Notes: a model not told the origin generated them from the sequence alone. A DNA stretch of 63,874 bases, filler included, from Sandaracinaceae bacterium (GCA_947483975.1; 6 parts of 6 records of this genome joined end to end with filler, not necessarily neighbours in it), one strand, 5' to 3'. Numbered from the whole stretch's first letter, positions 11,122 through 20,769 are shown. Numbers and translations are program-made.

Positions 11122-11989
11122 ACAGGTCGACGATCAGCAGCCCGTGCCCCTGCCGCGCGGCGTGCAGCAGCACGGCGTCGCCCGAGCGAGTCGGGACGAT
11201 CACGTCGCCCTCCGCGAGCCCGCCCTCGACGAGGAAGTCGATGCCCGGCGTGCCCATCGCGATCGCCCGCGCGCTCCGGCGTGTTGCGCGCGCGAGCCCG
11301 ATGACGAGCTCCGCGCCCGCCGCCCGCAGCCGGTCCGCCTCGGCGCGCGCCGCCGCGCGGACGTCCTGCGTCGCGACCAGCCCCTCGGGAACGGTCCCAT
11401 TCGGCGCCTCGAGCTCGCTGACGCCAAACAGCCCGATCTTCAGCCCGCCGACCTCGAGCACGACGGGTTCGGCGTGCAGCGAGGCACCCCCGAACGTCGC
11501 CCCCGCCGCGAGGAGCGGGAAGGGCGCCGTGGCCGCCAGGCGTCGCAGCGTGTCCACTCCTTGCTGCGCGTCGAGCGGCCCAGCGGTCGCAGCCGCGAGC
11601 CCGAGCCGCGAGAAAACCTCGACGATCGCCTCCGCCTTCCACACCTCCTGCGCGCTCGCGTCAGCGCCGCGGACGCCGTGCTCGAGCCCGTCGAAGAGCA
11701 GATCGCCGGAGTGCACGAACAGCGTCGGCACCCCATCGGCGCGGGCGCGCGTGAGCTCCGTCGCGAGCCGGTCGATGCCCCCGAGCGGGCGCCGCTGACA
11801 GCCGCAGGGCTCCAAATATCCTTCGAGATCCGTGATCACGAGCAGCCGCAGGGTGGGGCGCGGGAGCCCCTCGTCGCTCGGTTCGGTCGCCGTCACAGGC
11901 GCCGGCACCGGCGGGCTCGCGCTCCCGCCGCTGCACGCGGTCAGCACGAGCACGACGAGGCAGGAGAAAAACGACAGGGCGCGGGCCAT
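11122..11989 (-). CDS. Lipoprotein with UshA/5'-nucleotidase-like domain and CGC motif (possibly N-terminus of a multiheme cytochrome; truncated)
   Basis: Lipobox LTAC; ITDLEGYLEPCGC...GGIDRLAT...HSGDLLF; KIGLFGV. Confidence 0.7.
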
Positions 11990-12016
11990 CGGGAGCGTTG
12001 TAGCATCGAGCGCGCC

Positions 12017-12045
12017 TTGACGACCCGGAGTCGCGCGGATACCTT
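12017..12045 (+). promoter_or_regulatory. Sigma70-type promoter of rpsP operon
   Basis: TTGACG-N17-TACCTT about 95 nt upstream of rpsP. Confidence 0.6.
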
Positions 12046-12138
12046 CCGCCACCCCTCGCCCGGGCCTTTGCCCCGGCGGGCTCCGATTGGCAGTCGCGGT
12101 GCCGCACGAGGCACCGCTAGCAGATAGAGGCACTCTCG

Positions 12139-12396
12139 ATGGTCAAGGTCCGCCTGGCGCGCTTCGGTGCAAAGAAGCACCCCTACTACCACATCGTCGT
12201 CACCGACTCGGACAACCGCCGCGATGGCCGTTTCATCGAGGAAATCGGGAAGTACGACCCCTCCAAGCCCATGACTGACGCCACGCTCGACGAGGCTCGC
12301 CTCGCGTACTGGGTCAACGAGGGCGCTCAGATCTCGGTCACCGCCGCGCGCGTTCTGCGCGTCAAGAAGGCCGCGACCGCTGCGGCCGCGAGCTGA
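12139..12396 (+). CDS. rpsP: 30S ribosomal protein S16
   Basis: MVKVRLARFGAKKHPYYHIVVTDS...RDGRFIEEIG.YDP. Confidence 0.98.
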   Translation: MVKVRLARFGAKKHPYYHIVVTDSDNRRDGRFIEEIGKYDPSKPMTDATLDEARLAYWVNEGAQISVTAARVLRVKKAATAAAAS

Positions 12397-12407
12397 GACC
12401 GACTTCG

Positions 12408-12647
12408 ATGGAGCAGATGAAAGACCTCGTCTCGTTCCTGGCGCGTTCCCTCGTGGACGAGCCGGAAGCCGTCGAGGTCGTCGCCATCGAGGGTGACCAC
12501 TCCATCGTCATCGAGCTCACGGTTGCTCAGGACGACCTCGGCAAGGTGATCGGCAAAGAGGGCCGCACGGCGCGCGCGATGCGCACGCTGCTTGCGGCCA
12601 CCTCTGCCAAGCAGCGCAAGCGTGCCGTCCTCGACATCCTCGAGTAG
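12408..12647 (+). CDS. khpA: KH-domain RNA-binding protein
   Basis: DLGKVIGKEGRTARAMRTLL; canonical position after rpsP. Confidence 0.93.
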   Translation: MEQMKDLVSFLARSLVDEPEAVEVVAIEGDHSIVIELTVAQDDLGKVIGKEGRTARAMRTLLAATSAKQRKRAVLDILE

Positions 12648-12680
12648 CGTGCCGCTGCCTGTTTGGGCAGAGAACTCGCC

Positions 12681-13319
12681 GTGACCCGCAAGCCGACCGC
12701 TCCCGTTTCTGCGCGAGACCCCGACGCCCTGGTGGCTGTCGGCTACGTCATGCGCGCGCACGGGCTGCGCGGTGAGCTTCGGCTCAAGCACCTCAACTCG
12801 AACTCGACGATCCTGCTCGAGTGCAAGACGCTCGTCTTGCGCAAGCCCGAGCAAACCGCCGAAGCGCGCACGATCGCCGTGCTGCGCTCGCGACGGGAGA
12901 AGGACGACGTGCTCGCGTTCCTCGAGGGCGTTGCCTCGCGCAACGACGCTGAGGCGCTCGTCGGCTTGGAGATCTGCGTGCCGCGCGCCGCGTTCTCGGA
13001 GCCTGCGGAGGGCGAGTGGTACATCGTCGATCTCGTCGGACTCGCCGCGCAGCGCGCGGACGGGACGGCGCTCGGTGAGGTGCTCGACGTCGTGCAGTAT
13101 CCGACGATCGACTGCCTGCGCGTGCGCTCGAGCGACGGAGTGCGCGAGGTGCCGATGGTCGAGCCGTACCTCGTCGGGGTGGACGTCAAGGGCGGCTTCG
13201 TGACGCTCGGCGAGCTCGGTGACCTCGAGCTCGAGGAGCCAAAGAAGCCGAAGGTGAAGGGCCCGCGCCCTCGCAAGCCTACAGGCCAAGCGCCGACGGA
13301 CGACGGCGCGCAGGAGTAG
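12681..13319 (+). CDS. rimM: Ribosome maturation factor RimM
   Basis: VGYVMRAHGLRGE, EGEWYIVDLVGL, PRC barrel; start approximate (GTG 12681). Confidence 0.92.
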   Translation: MTRKPTAPVSARDPDALVAVGYVMRAHGLRGELRLKHLNSNSTILLECKTLVLRKPEQTAEARTIAVLRSRREKDDVLAFLEGVASRNDAEALVGLEICVPRAAFSEPAEGEWYIVDLVGLAAQRADGTALGEVLDVVQYPTIDCLRVRSSDGVREVPMVEPYLVGVDVKGGFVTLGELGDLELEEPKKPKVKGPRPRKPTGQAPTDDGAQE

Positions 13320-13320
13320 C

Positions 13321-14097
13321 GTGCGCTTCGACGTCGTCACGCTGTTTCCCGAGCTTTTCGCCGCGTTTCTCGAGCTTGCGCTCGTCGGCAAGGCGGCGCG
13401 CGCCGGGACGATCCGCGTGCGCTTGCAGTCGCCGCGCGACTTCGCCGTCGACAAGCACGGCAGCACGGACGACACGCCGTACGGTGGCGGACACGGCATG
13501 GTCATGCGCCCGGGCCCAGTCGTCGACGCGCTCGAGGCGCTCGACGCCTCGCGCGGCGTCGAAGAACCGCGGGCACATCGGGTGCTCTTGAGCCCGCAGG
13601 GCGCGCCCTTCACGCAGGCGACCGCGCGACGATTCGCCACCGATCACGGCGCGATCGCGCTCGTCTGCGGGCGCTACGAGGGCTTCGACGAGCGCATACG
13701 ATCGTTCGTCGACGAGGAGCTGTCGGTCGGCGACTTCGTGATGACAGGGGGCGAGGTCGCGGCGATGTGCGTCGTCGAGGCGGTCGCGCGCCTGGTGCCC
13801 GGCGTCCTCGGCAACCTCGCCTCGACCGAGGAGGAGTCGCACGCCGCGGGGCTCATCGAGTACCCGCAGTACACGCGCCCGCCGGTGTTCCGCGAGCACG
13901 CGGTGCCGCCGGTGTTGCTTTCCGGCGACCACGGGAAGATCGCCCGCTGGCGCCGCGAAGAGTCGCTCCGCCGCACCTACGCGCGCCGCCCGGATCTGTG
14001 GGCAGTCGCCGTCGCGACCGAAGCCGAGCGCGCGCTGGTCGAGGGCAGGGAGCTTCCTCCGTCGCCGCCGAAGCGCCGCTCACGGAGCAAGAAGTGA
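13321..14097 (+). CDS. trmD: tRNA (guanine-N1)-methyltransferase
   Basis: DDTPYGGGHGMVM, LSPQG, CGRYEGFDER, SVGDFVMTGGE, EYPQYTRP, SGDHGKI. Confidence 0.98.
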   Translation: MRFDVVTLFPELFAAFLELALVGKAARAGTIRVRLQSPRDFAVDKHGSTDDTPYGGGHGMVMRPGPVVDALEALDASRGVEEPRAHRVLLSPQGAPFTQATARRFATDHGAIALVCGRYEGFDERIRSFVDEELSVGDFVMTGGEVAAMCVVEAVARLVPGVLGNLASTEEESHAAGLIEYPQYTRPPVFREHAVPPVLLSGDHGKIARWRREESLRRTYARRPDLWAVAVATEAERALVEGRELPPSPPKRRSRSKK

Positions 14098-14672
14098 CCG
14101 CCCCAAGCGTCTACTGCGCCCTCGTGCACTTCCCCGTCCGCGACCGTGCCGGAGACACCGTGACGAGCTCCGTCACGAACATCGACGTGCACGACCTCGC
14201 GCGCTCGGCCCGCACCTATGGGCTGCGCGGCTACTTCGTCGTCACGCCGATCACCGCGCAGCGCGCGCTCGTCGCGCGGATCCTCGAGCATTGGGACAGC
14301 CCCGCGGGCCAGAAGCGCATGCCCGAGCGGGGCGATGCGCTGTCCATCTGCGCGTCGGCGGCGTCGGTCGACGAGGCGATCGCGGTGATCACGGAGCGCG
14401 AGGGCATCGCGCCCCGCCTCGTGACGACGAGCGCCCGCCCCGAGGGCAGCCTGCGCCTCAGCACCTACGCCGAGGAGCGCGCCGCGATGTCCGCCGCGAA
14501 CCGCCCGACGCTGCTCCTCTTCGGCACCGGGCACGGCCTGCAGAAGGTGCTCGTCGAACGCTCGGACGCGCTCCTCGCACCGATTCGGCCGGGTTCCTAC
14601 AACCACCTCAGCGTGCGCGCGGCGGCGGCGATCACGCTCGATCGTCTCTTCGGTGACTCGAGCGCCGACTGA
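14094..14672 (+). CDS. SPOUT RNA methyltransferase (Methyltrn_RNA_4-like)
   Basis: ALVHFPV, TNIDVHDLARSARTYG, LLFGTGHGL, YNHLSVRAAAAITLDRL; GTGA overlap with trmD. Confidence 0.88.
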   Translation: MTAPSVYCALVHFPVRDRAGDTVTSSVTNIDVHDLARSARTYGLRGYFVVTPITAQRALVARILEHWDSPAGQKRMPERGDALSICASAASVDEAIAVITEREGIAPRLVTTSARPEGSLRLSTYAEERAAMSAANRPTLLLFGTGHGLQKVLVERSDALLAPIRPGSYNHLSVRAAAAITLDRLFGDSSAD

Positions 14673-14706
14673 CGCGGCGCCCCGGACGCGCCGCCGACGA
14701 CACGCC

Positions 14707-14732
14707 GCACATCCGACGCGGCACATCCGACG
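14707..14732 (+). repeat. Perfect 12-bp direct repeat GCACATCCGACG x2, possible activator site
   Basis: Copies at 14707-14718 and 14721-14732, upstream of the sigma54-like motif. Confidence 0.55.
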
Positions 14733-14763
14733 TTGACTTCGCAGACGGCTTCCGGCAGCGTCG

Positions 14764-14778
14764 TGGCGCACGTTTAGC
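14764..14778 (+). promoter_or_regulatory. Putative sigma54 -24/-12 promoter
   Basis: TGGCGCACGTTTAGC (GG-N10-GC) about 40 nt before ATG 14819. Confidence 0.5.
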
Positions 14779-14818
14779 GGTTATTTCCGTTTTTCGTGCG
14801 TCCCCTCGGAGCGCATCC

Positions 14819-15736
14819 ATGTCGCGAATTCTATGGGCCGTCGCTCTGCTCTTCGCCTCGGTCCCGCTGTCGTTCGCGTCCCCCACGGCAGCGCAACGTC
14901 ACGCCGCGACTGACGCGGGAGTCCCCGCCGCGACGCCGCCGCCCGCCGTGCCGCAGTCGCCGCCCGCCGCCGCCCCCGATCCGCTCGACCAGGCTGCACG
15001 CCTGCTGTTCGAGTCGGCGCGCGAGGCGTTCGCCAACGGGGACTACCCCGTAGCTCTGACGCGCTTTCGGCAAGCGTACGAAGCGAGCGCCCGGCCCGCG
15101 CTGCTCTTCAACATCGCGACCACGCTCGACCGCTTGCGTCAGGACGAGGAAGCCTGCGCGACCTTCGAGCGCTACCTCGCGGCGGACCCGAACATCCCGA
15201 ATCGCCCGGAGATCGAGGCGCGCGTGCGCTCGCTGCACGCGGTCCTCGCCGCGCGCAGCCAACCTGCGGCGGGGCCGTCGGGGCCGACGACGGCGGAGGT
15301 CCACGCCGACGTCGCACCGCCCCCTTCGACGCCTTCGCGGCGGGACGACGCCGAGGTCGACGACGGCGGCGGGACGTCGCCCGCGCTCTTCCTCGCGGCG
15401 GGCGGGCTCACCGTCGCGGCAGGCGCGCTCGCGCTATGGGCTGGGTTGAGCACGGTGTCGCTCAACGACGACTACGAGGCGTATACGACCACGCCCGGCG
15501 CGACGAAGGCGCAGGCCAAGCTGCTCTTCGACGACGCGTCGTCGCGGCAGCTGTTGGCGAACACGTTCATCCTCGGCGCGGCGGTCTTCGGCGTCGCGAG
15601 CGTCGTCCTCGCGCTCCTGACGGATTGGGACGGCGGCGCGGAAGCCGAGCCGTCGACGGCCGGACGCGCGACCACCACCGCCGCCGTGTCGTTCGACGCA
15701 CACGGCGGGCTCGTCGGCCTCACTCACCGCTTCTAA
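14819..15736 (+). CDS. Exported TPR protein with hydrophobic hairpin and C-terminal aromatic beta-strand
   Basis: Signal peptide; TPR ARLLFESAREAF..GDY..A...FRQAYE...PALLFNIA; two hydrophobic segments; ends GGLVGLTHRF. Confidence 0.85.
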   Translation: MSRILWAVALLFASVPLSFASPTAAQRHAATDAGVPAATPPPAVPQSPPAAAPDPLDQAARLLFESAREAFANGDYPVALTRFRQAYEASARPALLFNIATTLDRLRQDEEACATFERYLAADPNIPNRPEIEARVRSLHAVLAARSQPAAGPSGPTTAEVHADVAPPPSTPSRRDDAEVDDGGGTSPALFLAAGGLTVAAGALALWAGLSTVSLNDDYEAYTTTPGATKAQAKLLFDDASSRQLLANTFILGAAVFGVASVVLALLTDWDGGAEAEPSTAGRATTTAAVSFDAHGGLVGLTHRF

Positions 15737-15755
15737 CGAGAGAGTCGACCAGCCC

Positions 15756-18218
15756 ATGAACACGACGCTTCCCTCCCGTGCCTCGGCCGCGCTCACCACG
15801 CTCCTGCTCGCCGTCGGGCTGAGCGGCTGTTTCATCGTCGACGCGTCGCGCTACGAGGGGCTCCCGGACGACGCGGGGGCGGACGCCGCGCCCGATGACG
15901 GCGGAAACACCGACGCGGGGGCGCGGGACGGCGGGGCGACGGATGCCGGTGCGGTCGACGCTGGTCTGATCGATGCGGGTCCGGTGATGGACGCCGGGGA
16001 GCCCGACGCCGGTGAACCCGATGGCGGCCCGCCGGACGCCGGTGAGCCCGACGGGGGGCAGCCGGACGCCGGTGAACCCGATGGCGGCCCGCCGGACGCC
16101 GGTTCACCCGACGGTGGCGCCAACTGCGCGAGCGGTCACGGCGGCTGCGATGTGCTCGTCAGCTGCACCGACGGCACCGCTGGACCGGTCTGCGGCGCGT
16201 GTCCCTCCGGATACTCGGGCACGGGCGCGTCGGGCTGCGTCGACCTCGACGAGTGCGCCACCGGGACGCCTTGCGGGACGACGCTGGGCACGGCCTGTTC
16301 GAACAATCCCGGCTCGTACGTGTGCGGCTGCCCGCCTGGCTACTCTGGGACCGGGACGACGGGGCCGTGCGTCGACATCGACGAATGCACGACGGGGGCG
16401 AGCGACTGCGACACCTCGCCGACCACGTCGTGCGCGAATACGGACGGCGCCTTCGCCTGTGCGTGCCCGGCGAGCTACGTCGGCACCGGGCACGGTGCGA
16501 GCGGCTGCCTCTACGCCGACCCGACGCTCAGCGACCTCAGCTTCGGGCCCGGCGCGATCGCGACGGCGCCGTTCGCGCCGGGGACGCTGACCTACGCGGT
16601 GACGCTGCCGGCGGGGGCCGCGTCGACCCTCGTGACGCCGACCGTCGCGCAGCCTACGCGCGCGACGATCACGGTCGGCGGCAGCGTCACGGCCTCCGGC
16701 GCGAGCGCGACCGTGGCGGTCGGCTACGGGCCGACCCCCGTCAGCATCGTGGTGACGACGGAGTCGGGGGCGACGCGCACGTACACCGTCCTGCTCACGC
16801 GCGGCGGCTCCGTGTACTTCAAGGCCTCGAGGACGAACTCGTACGAGGGCTTCGGGACCTCGCTGTCGCTGTCGGCGGACGGCACGCGCCTCGCCGTCGG
16901 CAAGCCGGGCGAGAGCTCGAACGCGACGGGCGTCGGCGGCGTCGAGAACAACTACGCGGCGGCGGCGAGCGGGGCCGTGTACGTGTTCCTTCGGACGGGC
17001 TCGACCTGGACGCAGGAGGCCTATCTCAAGGCCTCCAACACGGGCGCGGGCGACTTCTTCGGCTTCGCGGTCTCGCTCTCGGCGGATGGGACGAGGCTCG
17101 CGGTCGGCGCCCCCAACGAGGACTCGAGCGCGACGGGCGTCGGTGGGGATCAAGCGAGCAACGCCACGTCGAACAGCGGCGCCGCGTACGTGTTTCAACG
17201 GACCGTCACCGGCTGGGCGCAGGAGGCCTACGTCAAGGCCTCGAATCCGGACGTCGACGACAACTTCGGCAACGCGCTCGCGCTCTCTGCGGACGGAACC
17301 CACCTCGCGATCGGGGCACCGAACGAGGACTCGAACGCCGTCGGCGCGCCGACCGACAACAGCGCGCTCGGCAGCGGCGCGGCCTATGTGTTCGTGCGCG
17401 CACCCGGCTGGACGCAAGAGGCCTACGTCAAGGCGTCGAACCCGGACGCCGGCGACGCGTTCGGCAGCGTCGTCTCGCTGTCCGCCGACGGCGCGACGCT
17501 CGCGGTCGGGGCGCACCTCGAGGACTCGAGCGCGACGGACGTCGGCGGAGTCCCGTCGGACAACAGCGCGGCCGACAGCGGCGCGGCGTATGTGTTCGCG
17601 CGCGTCGCCTCGACGTGGAGCCAGGAGGCGTACGTCAAGGCGTCGAACACGGACGTCGGGGACGACTTCGGCTTTGCGCTCGCGCTGGCCTCGAACGGTC
17701 AGCGCCTCGTCGTCGGCGCTCGAAACGAGGACTCTTCGGCCACCACCGTCGGCGGGAGCGACCTGAACGGCGGCGACTCGAACGGCGCGGCGTACGTGTT
17801 CGTGCGCTCCGGCGCGTTCTGGACGCAGGAGGAGTACCTCAAGCCGTCGAACTCCGACAACCGCGACCGATTCGGCTGGTCGGTGGCGATCTCCGGCGAC
17901 GGCACCCGCGTCGCGGTCGGCACGCCGTTCGAGGCGTCCGACTCGCTCGGCCTCAATGGCTCGCAGGTCAGCAACTCGATGCCAGCCGCCGGCGCCGCCT
18001 ATGTGTTCCACCTGGTCGCGGCGACCTGGGCCCAAGAGGCCTACGTCAAGTCGTCGAACACCGAGGGCAGTGACACCTTCGGCGTCGTGCTCGCGTTCTC
18101 GGGCGACGGCGCGCGCCTCGCGGTGAGCGCCAGCGGGGAAGCCTCCAACGCGACCGGCCTCAACGGCAACCAGGCGAACAACGCCATGACCCAGGCGGGC
18201 GCGGTGTACGTCTACTGA
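15756..18218 (+). CDS. Surface lipoprotein: DAG linker, Ca-binding EGF repeats, cadherin-like beta-sandwich, integrin-alpha-like FG-GAP propeller
   Basis: Lipobox LSGC; CVDLDEC and CVDIDEC EGF_CA motifs; PTLSDL...FAPGTLTYAV; about seven YxKASN...FG..VxLSxDG..LAVG repeats. Confidence 0.9.
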   Translation: MNTTLPSRASAALTTLLLAVGLSGCFIVDASRYEGLPDDAGADAAPDDGGNTDAGARDGGATDAGAVDAGLIDAGPVMDAGEPDAGEPDGGPPDAGEPDGGQPDAGEPDGGPPDAGSPDGGANCASGHGGCDVLVSCTDGTAGPVCGACPSGYSGTGASGCVDLDECATGTPCGTTLGTACSNNPGSYVCGCPPGYSGTGTTGPCVDIDECTTGASDCDTSPTTSCANTDGAFACACPASYVGTGHGASGCLYADPTLSDLSFGPGAIATAPFAPGTLTYAVTLPAGAASTLVTPTVAQPTRATITVGGSVTASGASATVAVGYGPTPVSIVVTTESGATRTYTVLLTRGGSVYFKASRTNSYEGFGTSLSLSADGTRLAVGKPGESSNATGVGGVENNYAAAASGAVYVFLRTGSTWTQEAYLKASNTGAGDFFGFAVSLSADGTRLAVGAPNEDSSATGVGGDQASNATSNSGAAYVFQRTVTGWAQEAYVKASNPDVDDNFGNALALSADGTHLAIGAPNEDSNAVGAPTDNSALGSGAAYVFVRAPGWTQEAYVKASNPDAGDAFGSVVSLSADGATLAVGAHLEDSSATDVGGVPSDNSAADSGAAYVFARVASTWSQEAYVKASNTDVGDDFGFALALASNGQRLVVGARNEDSSATTVGGSDLNGGDSNGAAYVFVRSGAFWTQEEYLKPSNSDNRDRFGWSVAISGDGTRVAVGTPFEASDSLGLNGSQVSNSMPAAGAAYVFHLVAATWAQEAYVKSSNTEGSDTFGVVLAFSGDGARLAVSASGEASNATGLNGNQANNAMTQAGAVYVY
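15990..16116 (+). repeat. Coding tandem repeat, 30-bp unit (DAGEPDGGPP)
   Basis: gacgccggtgaacccgatggcggcccgccg and variants, about four copies. Confidence 0.8.
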
Positions 18219-18231
18219 GGCGAGGGCCCGC

Positions 18232-18684
18232 TCAGCCGAGGGCGGCCATCGCCTTCAGCGTGTCCTCGACGTGGCGCTTCACGTTCAGCTCGTGGTGGAA
18301 GACGGCGCGGATCGTCGCGTCCTGGGCGATCACGTACGTCACGCGCTTGAGCATCAGCCCGAACAGGCGCTCGACGTCGTAGTCCTTGGAGATCGCCTTC
18401 TCGGCGTCCGAGACGAGCGAGAAAGGCAGCCCGTGCGTGTCGGAGAAGCGCTTGTGCGAGGCGCGATCGTCGAGGCTGACGCCGACGACGGTGGCGCCCT
18501 TGGCGTCGAGATCGGCGAAGACGTCGCGGAACAAGCACGCCTGCTGCGTGCAGCCGGGCGTGAAATCCTTGGGATAGAAGTAGAGAACGACCGGGCCCTT
18601 CGCGAGCAACTCGCTCGAGCGGACCTCCCGCCCGTGCTGATTCGTCCCGCTGAACGCCGGCGCCCTGTCCCCTACGTTGAGCAT
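18232..18684 (-). CDS. bcp: Peroxiredoxin Bcp/PrxQ
   Basis: VVLYFYPKDFTPGCTQQAC, VVGVSLD, RVTYVI. Confidence 0.93.
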   Translation of the reverse strand: MLNVGDRAPAFSGTNQHGREVRSSELLAKGPVVLYFYPKDFTPGCTQQACLFRDVFADLDAKGATVVGVSLDDRASHKRFSDTHGLPFSLVSDAEKAISKDYDVERLFGLMLKRVTYVIAQDATIRAVFHHELNVKRHVEDTLKAMAALG

Positions 18685-18735
18685 GGCGAGGCTTAGGGCG
18701 CGACGGCCGAAGCGGCAAGCAGAGTCGTCCGCGCG

Positions 18736-18800
18736 TTGACGGCTCGGGAGGTGCGTGATAGGAGTCCGCCCCCTTCCCTGAGAGGGTGTTCGACCCCTCT
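18736..18800 (+). promoter_or_regulatory. Putative rplS promoter and leader hairpin
   Basis: TTGACG-N17-TAGGAG with extended TG; hairpin AGAGGG-TGTTCGAC-CCCTCT at 18781-18800. Confidence 0.45.
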
Positions 18801-18823
18801 ACAGCTTTCGGAGTGAGAACGTC

Positions 18824-19216
18824 ATGGGTAGCAGCGTCCCCCAGATTGAAGCCATCGAGCGTGCGCAGTTCCGCAAGCTCCCCGAGTTCCGCGTCGGCGA
18901 CACCATCAAGGTGCACTACCGGATCCGCGAGGGCGAGAAGGAGCGCATTCAGATCTTCCAAGGCGTCGTGATCCGCAAGTCGCGCGGCGGCGTCGGGACG
19001 ACCTTCTGCGTCCGCAAGGTGAGCTACGGCATCGGCGTCGAGCGCGTCTTCCCGACGCACTCGCCCCGCATCGAGACCATCGAGGTCGCGAGCCGCGGCC
19101 AAGTGCGTCGCTCGCGCCTCTACTATCTCCGTGAGCTCGAGGGCAAGAAGGCCCGCCTCAAGGAGCGCACGCGCGTCACGACGGCGACCCCGTCCGTCGC
19201 GCCGCCTGCGGCCTGA
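18824..19216 (+). CDS. rplS: 50S ribosomal protein L19
   Basis: [52 protein letters not shown]. Confidence 0.98.
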   Translation: MGSSVPQIEAIERAQFRKLPEFRVGDTIKVHYRIREGEKERIQIFQGVVIRKSRGGVGTTFCVRKVSYGIGVERVFPTHSPRIETIEVASRGQVRRSRLYYLRELEGKKARLKERTRVTTATPSVAPPAA

Positions 19217-19268
19217 ACCTCCCCACCGGGAGTTTGACGCGCGCGCAGAATCGAGCCCAAGTGGGCTG

Positions 19269-19898
19269 ATGCGCGCGCTCCTCGTCGGCCTGCTGCCCGC
19301 CGCGATCCTCTCGATCGCGGCGGTGCATGTGCAGGCCGCACGCGCTTGGGGGGCGCCCCCGAGCGAACGGCCTGTCGAGACGCTCGCCCGACAGCATGCC
19401 GACCGGCACCGCGTGCGAGATACGTCTCGCAAGGGGGCGTTGGATAGGCCGCTGATCGGACCGCGCACGACGCGATACGCGGTGACGTTCCAGCATCTGC
19501 ACACGCGCGAGCTCCTGCCGATCGCGGTGCGGGTGCCCGAGGAACGTCTTTCGTCGTTTCTGCGATGTCGAGCGTCGGGCGCTGAGCGCGCGATGGACCC
19601 GATCCCGTTTGGCGTGGCGCTGACGTTGGCGCGACGCTACGGCGCGACGCGCGTCGAGGTCGTCAGCGGCTATCGCTCGCCGAAGCTCAACGAGCGCCTG
19701 CGCAAGAAGGGGCACGAGGTGGCGTCGGACAGCCAGCACACGCACGGCAACGCGCTCGACTTCCGCCTCCCCGGGGTGCCCGCGGCGGAGCTAGCGCGCG
19801 CGGCGGGGGAGGTGCACGTGGGCGGCATCGGCACCTACCGCGAGAGCGACTTCATCCACGTGGACACCGGGCGTCCGCGCACCTGGAGCGGGCACTGA
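19269..19898 (+). CDS. DUF882/YcbK (peptidase M15-like) protein
   Basis: VVSGYRSPKLN, SQHTHGNALD, FIHVDTG; signal peptide. Confidence 0.88.
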   Translation: MRALLVGLLPAAILSIAAVHVQAARAWGAPPSERPVETLARQHADRHRVRDTSRKGALDRPLIGPRTTRYAVTFQHLHTRELLPIAVRVPEERLSSFLRCRASGAERAMDPIPFGVALTLARRYGATRVEVVSGYRSPKLNERLRKKGHEVASDSQHTHGNALDFRLPGVPAAELARAAGEVHVGGIGTYRESDFIHVDTGRPRTWSGH

Positions 19899-19914
19899 GC
19901 GGCGCCGCGAGGCC

Positions 19915-20718
19915 TCAGCCGAGCACGCGGAGTAGCTCGTTGAGCGAGCCCGTGCGGTAGCCGGCGAGGTCGAGCGTGACGAAGGTGTAGCCGGCCCCCT
20001 TGCCCGCGAGCACGAGCTCGTCGCGCAGGTCGAACGCCCGCGAGAGTTCAGCCTTCGACACCTCGACGCGCGCGAGCTCGCCGTGATGGCGCACGCGCAC
20101 CTGCCGGAACCCGAGCCCGTGGAGGGCCTCCTCGAGCGCGGCGATCTGCGCCAAGCGCTCGCGCGTGACGGGCGTGCCGTAGGGGATGCGCGAGCTCAGG
20201 CAGGCTGCGGCGGGCTTGTCCCAGACGTCCATCCCCAGCGTGCGCGCGAGCTCGCGCACCTCGAGCTTCGTCAGCTCGGCTTCGACGAGCGGGCTGCGCA
20301 CGCCGGCCTCGCGAGCGGCCTCGAGCCCGGGGCGGTAGTCACCGAGATCGTCGAGGTTCGTGCCGTTGACGACGACCGCGAGGCCGAGGCGCGCGCGCTC
20401 CCGAGTCGTCGTGCGATAGAGCTCGGACTTACAGAAGAAGCAGCGATTGATAGGGTTTGCCGCGTAGCCCGGGTCGTCGAGCTCGTGGGTGTCGACCACG
20501 AGGTGTCGCGCGCCGAGGAGCGTCGCGATGCGCTCGGCGTCTTGCCGCTCGCGGGGCGAGAGCGATGGGCTGACGGCGGTCAGCCCGACGGCGCGCTCGC
20601 CGAGCACGTCGGTCGCGACCTTGAGCACGAAGGCGCTGTCGAGCCCGCCGCTGTAGGCGACGAGCACGGAGCCCATCTCGGTGAACAGCTGACGGAGGCG
20701 CTCGAGCTTGTCGGACAT
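19915..20718 (-). CDS. larE: ATP-dependent sulfur transferase LarE
   Basis: PP-loop AYSGGLDS, RCFFCK, GTNLDDLGDYRPG, KPAAACLSSRIPYG, GYRTGSLN. Confidence 0.92.
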   Translation of the reverse strand: MSDKLERLRQLFTEMGSVLVAYSGGLDSAFVLKVATDVLGERAVGLTAVSPSLSPRERQDAERIATLLGARHLVVDTHELDDPGYAANPINRCFFCKSELYRTTTRERARLGLAVVVNGTNLDDLGDYRPGLEAAREAGVRSPLVEAELTKLEVRELARTLGMDVWDKPAAACLSSRIPYGTPVTRERLAQIAALEEALHGLGFRQVRVRHHGELARVEVSKAELSRAFDLRDELVLAGKGAGYTFVTLDLAGYRTGSLNELLRVLG

Positions 20719-20769
20719 CGCCGCTCCTCTAGCGCCGGGCGATCGCGGCGACAAGCGTGGCGCGCGCGC

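Noticed and set aside
18781..18800. tRNA fragment suggested by GTTCGA
   Set aside because: No cloverleaf or acceptor stem; only a single hairpin.
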